Below the pieces are notes generated by a model that saw nothing but the letters and a program-made list of their open reading frames with translations, searched no databases and was not told the origin of the DNA. The position numbers were made by a program, and so were the translations under genes. From the IMG/VR virus record IMGVR_UViG_3300017589_000011, positions 1 through 31,916 of that record: DNA of 31,916 nucleotides; one strand, 5' to 3'. Source of the stretch: a virus. Its lineage: Duplodnaviria > Caudoviricetes. This document shows positions 18,437 through 25,487 of this stretch, piece after piece. Position 1 is the stretch's first letter. Every line of letters begins with the position of its first letter.

Positions 18437-18676
18437 CTACCCCTTTCCCCGCTCGCCTTTCTCTGGGTGCATCTTGTTATGGCAAGCAGCGCACAATGAT
18501 CGCCCGTTGCTCACAACGTACTGTAACTCCGGAAAATCCTCTCGAAACTTTACGTGATGCGCATGTGTCGCTGGCGTTTTCTTTCCATACCTCAAGCACT
18601 CTTTGCAAAGATACTTGTCTCGCCTTAACACTTTCTCGCGCCATGCTTTGTGCTTAGGTGATTGATAGTAGTTCAT
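18437..18676 (-). CDS. HNH endonuclease (packaging cofactor, HK97 gp74-like)
   Basis: RDKYLCKEC...HH...N...LCAACHNKMH adjacent to terS. Confidence 0.92.
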   Translation of the reverse strand: MNYYQSPKHKAWREKVLRRDKYLCKECLRYGKKTPATHAHHVKFREDFPELQYVVSNGRSLCAACHNKMHPEKGERGKG

Positions 18677-18863
18677 GAAATCACTTCTTTCACGCTCTGG
18701 CCTCCACCCCTAGCCATCAGTCGTAACTGAGTGAAGCATACTCCCGCGCATACCCATTAGGAAGAGAGCGCCCGGTTATCCAAGCGCCCTCATATCCACA
18801 CGTATTCATGGTACCAGTGTAAACCCGAAATTCGCACTTGTCAGTCTTGTACTTTTCAGATAG

Positions 18864-19319
18864 CTATAAGCCCTGCAGGTGTGCCAATATTGCACCACGT
18901 ACCAGAATAGTCAAACGGTAGTTGTAGAATGTCTGCCTGCTTATATGTAATTTTTCGCAGATCTCACATTCCTTCTCACCGTCTCGGAACGCCATATGTA
19001 TGATCTTGATTGCTACTGGCTCCCGGTCGCATTGTTTGATGAGATCATCGACCACTCTATCCCATAATGCTGCGTCTTCATATCTGCTTACTATTGTTTC
19101 GATCTGATGCTCTGTCGGCCTTGTGACGCCGCCTCCCGAAACGTGCGGTTTTTTAACATCTGGAACAATGCTGTCACTTGGCATTGGTGCAGGCCCGCTC
19201 ACAAAATCGATCAATGCTTTTGCATCCTCGAACGTCATTTTCTTTTTTTCTTTTCTCTTGAAGTATTCTCCAAGTTGCTCAGCTATATTGTCAGTCGTTT
19301 CCCTTGGGAAGACCTGCAT
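18864..19319 (-). CDS. RinA/ArpU-like late transcription activator
   Basis: C-terminal HTH ICEKLHISRQTFYNYR; last early gene before packaging module. Confidence 0.7.
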   Translation of the reverse strand: MQVFPRETTDNIAEQLGEYFKRKEKKKMTFEDAKALIDFVSGPAPMPSDSIVPDVKKPHVSGGGVTRPTEHQIETIVSRYEDAALWDRVVDDLIKQCDREPVAIKIIHMAFRDGEKECEICEKLHISRQTFYNYRLTILVRGAILAHLQGL

Positions 19320-19332
19320 TTAATGCACCTCC

Positions 19333-19863
19333 CTACACTTCGATAATATCAATTCCAAAACGTTCCTTTAGCATTTTCCGTTTTATGGCGTACTCTTTGG
19401 TGCGTGTGGGCTTGCTCTTTACGTCCTCCACCACCAATTTCCAAGGCGTTCCCTCTTGATCGGCCCAGTAAGCGGCATGGCTTCCTAGTCCTGCAGCGTC
19501 TGGTGGTCGGTAGTATGTAAAATCGGCCTTGTATCTGATGGCCCTGACACGTCGCCCCGCGGTGTCTGTATATGCTTCCTGCAAAGTGAAATCAACCTGG
19601 AGGCGTAAATCCCGTATTTGCCCAGACTGTAATTTTCTGATCAGGCTGTCATACTGGTGCGCCTCTTTTTGGCTGTCGAAGTGTACCACAGTTCCGTTCT
19701 CTGTGATCCGCTCGGTGGGTATGTTGTGATACTTTGATGGCTTGACCGTTCCCTTGGCAGGTGTGGCTGATTCCGCTCGTCCCCGGCACTGTTCCTGCTC
19801 CATGTACTTTTTCAAGGCCTGCGCCTGATATTTCGGTGGCAGGTCAGAGACTTCAATGGCCAT
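19333..19863 (-). CDS. DUF1064-family endonuclease
   Basis: SKYHN...FDSQKEA...LRLQ..F.L...YKADF...VVEDVK. Confidence 0.85.
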   Translation of the reverse strand: MAIEVSDLPPKYQAQALKKYMEQEQCRGRAESATPAKGTVKPSKYHNIPTERITENGTVVHFDSQKEAHQYDSLIRKLQSGQIRDLRLQVDFTLQEAYTDTAGRRVRAIRYKADFTYYRPPDAAGLGSHAAYWADQEGTPWKLVVEDVKSKPTRTKEYAIKRKMLKERFGIDIIEV

Positions 19864-20237
19864 TATTCCAGCACCTCGCAATATTGCCAGCTTTGTGGAG
19901 GTCGCCTGATCCCCAGCTGCGTCAGTGTCTTTTTCTGAGGGTATAACATCGGGGACGCAATATCCCACCCACAGATCTCTTTCCCCTTGCCGTATTTGTA
20001 GAGGTCAGACAGTGAAACGCAGGACCTCGGGTGGAACTGCCGGTAGCGGTTGGTTTTTTGATATCCAAAGCAAAGAAACTCACCCACCACAGCACTGACC
20101 GGCGCGGTCAAATAAACAAGCACGCGCACCGGCCATTCACAGTTGCTCGGTGCTGTTTTTCTGATCTCCACGGTTTTGCGTCCCGCTAGGATCAGATCCC
20201 ACCATTCCGGGTGTAGACTCAAAAGCACGGCTTTCAT
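19863..20237 (-). CDS. ASCH/PUA-like domain protein
   Basis: LLSLHPEW..LILAGRKTVEIRK...PPQSWQY. Confidence 0.85.
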   Translation of the reverse strand: MKAVLLSLHPEWWDLILAGRKTVEIRKTAPSNCEWPVRVLVYLTAPVSAVVGEFLCFGYQKTNRYRQFHPRSCVSLSDLYKYGKGKEICGWDIASPMLYPQKKTLTQLGIRRPPQSWQYCEVLE

Positions 20238-20238
20238 A

Positions 20239-20388
20239 TTACCCTCCTATTTTCGTCTGCTCTTCCTGAATTTCAGTTACGCTTACCACCTGCACATCAC
20301 CGTATTTCTCCAAGTCCATGGCGATGGATTCCTTGATGCCGATGGCTTGGCCGGGTGGAGCGTTGACGTAGATTATTATTTTAAGCAT
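20239..20388 (-). CDS. Small hypothetical phage protein (49 aa, not in ORF track)
   Basis: MLKIIIYVNAPPGQAIGIKESIAMDLEKYGDVQVVSVTE...; TGATG coupling. Confidence 0.7.
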   Translation of the reverse strand: MLKIIIYVNAPPGQAIGIKESIAMDLEKYGDVQVVSVTEIQEEQTKIGG

Positions 20389-20558
20389 CAGTTACACCCC
20401 ATAATTTCTCCATAGAGTTCTTCTGTGCGTTCTCCGCTGTCAAGCCTACATTTAAGCGGCAGAAGCGTTGCTATTAGTCCAAACCGACCGCATGGGCCAA
20501 GTGCCACATACTCCGCAATTAGCGTGTTTAGGTAATTTCTTACTTCTTCCCAGTTCAT
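20388..20558 (-). CDS. Small hypothetical phage protein (56 aa, not in ORF track)
   Basis: MNWEEVRNYLNTLIAEY...GERTEELYGEIMGCN; GGGGAG RBS; tiles the operon. Confidence 0.7.
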   Translation of the reverse strand: MNWEEVRNYLNTLIAEYVALGPCGRFGLIATLLPLKCRLDSGERTEELYGEIMGCN

Positions 20559-20563
20559 CTGTT

Positions 20564-20770
20564 TTACTCCCCATCCATCCCCCGCAGCTCATCAAGCGCG
20601 AGCGGAGCGTTTTCCGTGGCGGTGATTCCGATATCTGGTTCTGCCCTCGCAAGCTTCTCTTGCAGGGCGTTGATGGCAATAGCCAAGGCTACCCAGCCAA
20701 CCGTCCCTTCCCCGTACTGTTCCTTCATTCCCTCCAAGATTTCAATCGGGCTAAATCGTTCTTCACTCAT
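20564..20770 (-). CDS. Hypothetical phage protein
   Basis: AAAGGAG RBS; tiles the operon. Confidence 0.65.
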   Translation of the reverse strand: MSEERFSPIEILEGMKEQYGEGTVGWVALAIAINALQEKLARAEPDIGITATENAPLALDELRGMDGE

Positions 20771-20790
20771 GCTCTACTCCTTTCTTGCAG

Positions 20791-20818
20791 CACAGTTCAT
20801 CATCTCTCGACATATCCT
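20791..20818 (+). promoter_or_regulatory. Sigma-K-type (mother-cell sporulation) promoter
   Basis: CACA-16 nt-CATATCCT matches the mACA-16-CATAnnnT consensus. Confidence 0.6.
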
Positions 20819-20850
20819 GTGGCATAGCACATCAAAAAGGGGTGGTACCT

Positions 20851-21063
20851 ATGACCATGCAAGCTATCGTAATCAAAGTTCGTCGCGGTGATTTACTCGT
20901 CTTTGATGAGTCAATGTCGCAGACTGTGGTTGTCCACACACCAAATGCGTGCCGTTTTCGTGTCGGTAATTGCGTGAGTATTTTTTATAGCGGAATAATG
21001 ACGGCGAGCATACCGCCGCAAATTTCCGCAATCAGAATTTCTAGGATTCCTTGCTTTTGGTAA
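20851..21063 (+). CDS. Small YobA-like beta protein (moron), 70 aa
   Basis: AAGGGGTGG RBS; VSIFYSGIMTASIPPQISA motif; own promoter and terminator. Confidence 0.7.
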   Translation: MTMQAIVIKVRRGDLLVFDESMSQTVVVHTPNACRFRVGNCVSIFYSGIMTASIPPQISAIRISRIPCFW

Positions 21064-21081
21064 CGCAACCCGGATTTATAT

Positions 21082-21110
21082 GCCGCCTCTTTTTAGGGGC
21101 GGCTTTATTT
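21082..21110 (+). terminator. Rho-independent terminator of the moron
   Basis: GCCGCCTCT-TTTT-AGGGGCGGC followed by TTTATTT. Confidence 0.8.
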
Positions 21111-21140
21111 GTTTGGGTGCTTCATCTACCGCATCTCCCC

Positions 21141-21896
21141 CTATTCTCGTTTCGGTGTGAATATTTCGAAATACTCTTGGTATGGGTATCCGCTGACCTC
21201 ATGCCACCCGCTGCGGGCAGTCTTGCCATCGTCGAACTTATAAAGCACAGCACCCTTGTGTGGCTTCGGCTCATCTCTCCACGTTGATGCCTGAACATTT
21301 TCATAGCGCAGGACAGGTGCATCTAAATTCTGGCTGCTGCTGTACCGCTTTCCACTCCGCCCAGCTTCTTTGTACCGTTCCATTGTTGCCTTGGCTTCCT
21401 TGATCAAATAGGCGGCCAGTTTGGCATGGTTCCCACGCTTGTCCATGAGCCTGAAGCTGATTCCTCCAGTCCCCTCGATTCCCTCCCATGCTTCTGCAAT
21501 GATTTCCGCGTCCATCCGGTTAATCACGACATGGTGATGAATATTTGTCATTCTCTTAGTTTCCGTCACTGCTATGTATTTCAGAGTGATCCCTTTTGCC
21601 TTGCATATCCTGCGAAGGCGTTTTAAGAATAAGGCCAGATCATCCCGGCATTGGTCCAAGCTCCGTTCCTTGTCGAAGTAATGGAGGACAGCATGTAGAT
21701 CCAGATAACCAAAATTGGTATTCAGCTTCCATCTGAGTTTTTCCTCTGCGATCCGCTCGTTTACCTTTTCCTGTGCTAACGTTGTGTTCCCCATATTCTT
21801 GGATCGTTCTATCCCCTTAGTGTGAATCCTGGAGGAATGCATTTTTCTATGTTCGACAACTTGTCCAGCTATAACCGTCCTATGAACGTAAGGCAT
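21141..21896 (-). CDS. HUH-superfamily rolling-circle replication initiator
   Basis: Motif I-like HAVLHY, HUH motif IHHHVVIN, catalytic LAAYLIKE, RYSSSQNL; GGAGG RBS before MPYVHR. Confidence 0.8.
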   Translation of the reverse strand: MPYVHRTVIAGQVVEHRKMHSSRIHTKGIERSKNMGNTTLAQEKVNERIAEEKLRWKLNTNFGYLDLHAVLHYFDKERSLDQCRDDLALFLKRLRRICKAKGITLKYIAVTETKRMTNIHHHVVINRMDAEIIAEAWEGIEGTGGISFRLMDKRGNHAKLAAYLIKEAKATMERYKEAGRSGKRYSSSQNLDAPVLRYENVQASTWRDEPKPHKGAVLYKFDDGKTARSGWHEVSGYPYQEYFEIFTPKRE

Positions 21897-21983
21897 TGCT
21901 CCCCCTCCTATAGACTTGCTGGTCACTTTGCTAATAGCTCTTACCGGTGCTTTACAGAGCCATTGCTCCGTTCATTTTTCGGC

Positions 21984-22012
21984 TTGCAATCCATCCAGAT
22001 ACACATTATAAT
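21984..22012 (+). promoter_or_regulatory. Strong sigma-A promoter, antisense to the early operon
   Basis: TTGCAA-17 nt-TATAAT. Confidence 0.8.
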
Positions 22013-22018
22013 AATGTA

Positions 22019-22100
22019 TAGAGCCGGACGGTTTACTGCCGTCTCGTATAGATCCACCTGCGCCGTGTTGTCAGCACCGGGCGCAGGTGGATTTCTTTTT
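22019..22100 (+). ncRNA. Putative ~80-nt antisense (countertranscript) RNA upstream of rep
   Basis: Promoter, then hairpin GACGG-tttactg-CCGTC, then 13-bp perfect stem ATCCACCTGCGCC/GGCGCAGGTGGAT with TTCTTTTT tail; no ORF. Confidence 0.65.
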
Positions 22101-22166
22101 CCCTTTAAGCGTTTCTGCTCCTTGCCTTTTCCTTGAAACCTGAGCTTTCGCGTGATATAACTCAAC

Positions 22167-22194
22167 CAGATGCCCATCCTGTCAAGGGGAGCTC
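22167..22194. repeat. Left arm of 28-bp inverted repeat
   Basis: CAGATGCCCATCCTGTCAAGGGGAGCTC; 27/28 match to reverse complement of 22476-22503. Confidence 0.92.
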
Positions 22195-22260
22195 CTTTCG
22201 AGCATAGATAGGGGGTGACGTGTCTTCTTCTTTTTCTTCTTTAACGAGTTTTCGGAGCGT

Positions 22261-22452
22261 ATGTTATCCGCCATGCGTCTCCGCAACCTAAATTCAAAGC
22301 AATTGTCATACCAGCTTGGAAAGCCGTCCAAAACTGTTCAAAGCTGGGTGCTCGGCAAACATAAGCCAAGAATGGACAATCTAACAGCACTCGGGGTTGC
22401 ACTAGGTGTCTCTATGGATTATTTACATGGAGTATCAGGCGATCTCATCTAA
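22261..22452 (+). CDS. XRE/Cro-type HTH protein (start uncertain, possibly 5'-frameshifted)
   Basis: KQLSYQLG...TVQSWVLGKHKP...LGVSMDYL. Confidence 0.75.
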   Translation: MLSAMRLRNLNSKQLSYQLGKPSKTVQSWVLGKHKPRMDNLTALGVALGVSMDYLHGVSGDLI

Positions 22453-22475
22453 CCTGATTTTATAGCACTTGTTAT

Positions 22476-22503
22476 GAGCTCCCCTTGACAGGATTGGCAT
22501 CTG
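22476..22503. repeat. Right arm of 28-bp inverted repeat
   Basis: GAGCTCCCCTTGACAGGATTGGCATCTG. Confidence 0.92.
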
Positions 22504-22526
22504 AAAATCTGGTTCTATCCGCTCGG

Positions 22527-23108
22527 CTATTCTTCTCGCCGGTGCAGATCGACGCTTTCCAAGGCTGCCCACGCTTTCTGCTCCCATTCTTTTGCCCAGT
22601 AGGCCGCCGTTGGTCGACTGGTGGACACAACCACCATTTCACCATCGTGCTGCCATCCCATACGGCTTTCGCTCATAACCATACCGTCTTTGTACTCTGC
22701 CACGGTTCGCTCTACAATGCCTAACGAAATTGGATCTACACCGTAGCACTTGCCGCCTTCGTCAAGCTGATAGAGGCTAAGACCTTTAAACGTGACAGGT
22801 ACCATGGTAACCCGCTCGTCTGTGTTCCCGTTTACCCAGCAGGCCACTTCCTGCCCCACTATCTCAGGCATGATAACCTGTGGCTCTTCTTTTGCCACTA
22901 CTGTCAAAGCGTCCGAACTGGGCGGCACCATGCCCAGATGTTCCACAATGGTTGCCAATGCTTTGCGGGGGAATTTGCCCCAGTCACAGCGCAAGTACCA
23001 ACCATCCGTATAAATTGCCACCTGATTGCCTAGGTTCATAACGTTGTATCCGTCGGCCTTATAGGCTCTCTTAATGGCCTTGACCAGACCTTTCTCGTCT
23101 ATCAGCAT
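22527..23108 (-). CDS. Hypothetical early phage protein
   Basis: 193-aa ORF, GGGGTG RBS, overlaps upstream stop. Confidence 0.75.
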   Translation of the reverse strand: MLIDEKGLVKAIKRAYKADGYNVMNLGNQVAIYTDGWYLRCDWGKFPRKALATIVEHLGMVPPSSDALTVVAKEEPQVIMPEIVGQEVACWVNGNTDERVTMVPVTFKGLSLYQLDEGGKCYGVDPISLGIVERTVAEYKDGMVMSESRMGWQHDGEMVVVSTSRPTAAYWAKEWEQKAWAALESVDLHRREE

Positions 23109-23392
23109 TTTTTCACCCCAAAAACTTCTGCCCCACTGATGGCGGTTAAGCTACATTTCCAAACATCGCAAGCGCAGAGTAGCGCTGATAGGTTTGACCC
23201 ATGCGGCACAGTGACCTCTCCATACTTCGGATGTACCACGCGGACGCGGTTGGGAGCTTTCCACCTGTGCTTCTTGCTCCGCACGGCTGCTTCACATCGT
23301 CTGTCCACTTGACTTTTCAAACTCTCTTCATCATGTTTAAAGGATCGATGCCCAGTATTTCGCACGTTCCAAGACTTGCTGGCTGTACTCAC
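23102..23392 (-). CDS. Hypothetical early phage protein
   Basis: AAAGGAG RBS before GTG; tiles the operon. Confidence 0.65.
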   Translation of the reverse strand: MSTASKSWNVRNTGHRSFKHDEESLKSQVDRRCEAAVRSKKHRWKAPNRVRVVHPKYGEVTVPHGSNLSALLCACDVWKCSLTAISGAEVFGVKKC

Positions 23393-24131
23393 TTTGGCTC
23401 ACTCCTTTCTCCCATAGCTTGGAGGCTCCAGTGGGTCCCATGTTGTATGCCATGAGAGCCTTTCCCATATCATCGAACTTCTCTAGGTTTTCAGCCAGAT
23501 AGTCACAGGCCACACGGAAATTACCAGAAGAATCCCACAGGTCGGTTACACCCAAGCGATCCATGCGGTCGCGGTGCAGGTGTTCGCGTACCTGCATATA
23601 GCCGATTGCGGACCCACCGTCACCTGCTACGTTCCGGAAGTTGCTTTCCCGCTCGATCATTGCTAAGCCAATGGCGTATGGAATATCAAATTCCCGGCAG
23701 GCAGACCACAGCTTGTCCTGTTCTTCATAAGTAAGAGGGCTTTTGCCTTTTAAATAAGTTAAGTTCGCGATCAGTGGGCCATGTTCCTCAGCTGCGTTCC
23801 CAATCGTAATAGCTTGTGGCGCTGCGCTTGTAGATTCTGCCGCTTTGCAATTGATAATGCCCCAACCAGCCAAGCCGATCAGTAAGGCAGCCACTAAAGC
23901 AATGGAAACTTTCTGCATCCTGCGGGTACGCAATCTGCGTTCTGCGCGGCTGATGCGCATCTCATGCTTGTACCACTGGGCCGACATATCGGTTTCGGCC
24001 ACATGCCCTCGCATCATTCGCATGTCCCGATCCATAAACTCCACCTTATTCATAAGGTAGTCCACATCTCTGGCTATTCCGTCGTACTGTGTCAGCGTCC
24101 GGCGCAGGTACTTTTCCTTTCTCTGGCTCAC
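23337..24131 (-). CDS. Membrane-anchored lytic transglycosylase (SLT domain)
   Basis: AMIERESNF, AIGYMQV, ALMAYNMG SLT motifs after one TM helix. Confidence 0.88.
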   Translation of the reverse strand: MSQRKEKYLRRTLTQYDGIARDVDYLMNKVEFMDRDMRMMRGHVAETDMSAQWYKHEMRISRAERRLRTRRMQKVSIALVAALLIGLAGWGIINCKAAESTSAAPQAITIGNAAEEHGPLIANLTYLKGKSPLTYEEQDKLWSACREFDIPYAIGLAMIERESNFRNVAGDGGSAIGYMQVREHLHRDRMDRLGVTDLWDSSGNFRVACDYLAENLEKFDDMGKALMAYNMGPTGASKLWEKGVSQSEYSQQVLERAKYWASIL

Positions 24132-24409
24132 GGCTTGTCCTCCTCTATCAACTTTTCAAGCGCTGAAATCTGTTTCAGAACCTCGACGCGGTTCCCCTGA
24201 TTGTACAAATCCAAGACATCGCTGCGCAGGCGATCAATCGTTCCCTTTAAATTCGCGCCGGTGTCATACTTGCGGAGCCAAATACCGCCACCATCAGTGA
24301 ATATTTCAAGCGGATCGCTTTCCTTGATTCCAAGGGTACGGCGCAACTCAATCGGCAGAACAATGCGCCCCAGTTGATCCACTTTACGAACAATTCCTGT
24401 TGCTTTCAT
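24128..24409 (-). CDS. AbrB-family transition-state regulator homologue
   Basis: MKATGIVRKVDQLGRIVLPIELRRTLGI, close to the AbrB N-terminal domain. Confidence 0.9.
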   Translation of the reverse strand: MKATGIVRKVDQLGRIVLPIELRRTLGIKESDPLEIFTDGGGIWLRKYDTGANLKGTIDRLRSDVLDLYNQGNRVEVLKQISALEKLIEEDKP

Positions 24410-24425
24410 TTGACACTCCTCTTCT

Positions 24426-25487
24426 TTAGCCATTCGTAATCTTCAAAAACTGGTCTGCCATAGCAACAGAGGCCTTCCTTAAGTTTCCCGCTACACCGCT
24501 TTCCTTTTCCTCCATGCGCTGTAAGGTTTGCATCATCTTAGAAAAGCTCTCCTGCACCTGCTCGAACAAAAGCTTAAACTTCTGCGCATCCGGATCCGCC
24601 AGGGCAACTTGCTTTTCAAGGTCGTGTAAACGCTGAATGTTGTCCGCAGACTCCGATTGGCCTTCCGCCTTGGCTAGCTCCAATGCTTGCTCATGCTCAA
24701 CTTTCTGCGCTTCCAGCTGCTGTTTCAGCGTCTCAACCTCTGCCTTGGCTTTTTCCTCTTTTTCCTTTGCCTTCCGCAGTTTTTCCTTTGCGGAGGTTTC
24801 CGCCTTGGCGACAGCTTCATCCACGGCTTTCTGATCCACGACAGTCGCCACATCAACCTCAATAGGCGTCTCCCGTAGCGCGGTCAATTCCTGCTCCAGT
24901 AATTTTCGTGCCTCTTCGGCCGTCTCGGCATCTGCATTGAGCTGTTCTAGCCGACTGTTGGCCTCCTGCATTTCTTCCGCCATTTTGGAACGTGCAGATT
25001 CTGCAATTTGCCGATCTTGCTCTTTCCGCTCGGCCTCTGCCTTTGCTTCATCGCGCTCGCGGATGAGTCGATCCAATTCACGAGAGGAAAGGTCCTCCAC
25101 CTTGTTGGTCTCGGCGAATTCCTCACGCTCATCCTCAGGGATTGCGAGCAGCGCCAAAGCCTTTGTATACGGCAAATTCCCAAGCGTTTGCGAATTTGAT
25201 TCGCCTCCAAACAAGCTGATTTGAAGTGCCCCGTATTCCTCAAAAATACGCATGAAGTTGTTGGCTGTGGACTGAGAAAATTCCACCTCTGCTTTTAACC
25301 ATCCACCCCACGACCCATGGGGAAGTTGTTCCTTTGCCTCACGGAGGCGACGCCCAATCTCAATGGCGTAGCCCAGCACCACTTGCTGTGCCTGCCTGTG
25401 CAATGTCTTGATCTCCAGGGTAATAACATGAATATCACGACTCTCGGCCGGATTGACCCCTGCCAAAGCTGTCTCATTTTCACTCAT
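24426..25487 (-). CDS. DUF3102-domain coiled-coil protein
   Basis: IEIGRRLREAKEQLPHGSWGGWL...STANNFMRIFEEYG. Confidence 0.85.
   Translation of the reverse strand: MSENETALAGVNPAESRDIHVITLEIKTLHRQAQQVVLGYAIEIGRRLREAKEQLPHGSWGGWLKAEVEFSQSTANNFMRIFEEYGALQISLFGGESNSQTLGNLPYTKALALLAIPEDEREEFAETNKVEDLSSRELDRLIRERDEAKAEAERKEQDRQIAESARSKMAEEMQEANSRLEQLNADAETAEEARKLLEQELTALRETPIEVDVATVVDQKAVDEAVAKAETSAKEKLRKAKEKEEKAKAEVETLKQQLEAQKVEHEQALELAKAEGQSESADNIQRLHDLEKQVALADPDAQKFKLLFEQVQESFSKMMQTLQRMEEKESGVAGNLRKASVAMADQFLKITNG

Noticed and set aside
18690-18800. Structured ncRNA in the late leader
   Set aside because: Only short hairpins (e.g. GAGAGCGCCCGG/CCAAGCGCCCTC); no recognisable family
21941-22177. 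78-aa minus ORF upstream of rep
   Set aside because: Starts inside the inverted repeat without a clear RBS and runs through the sRNA hairpins and promoter; a leader peptide cannot be fully excluded
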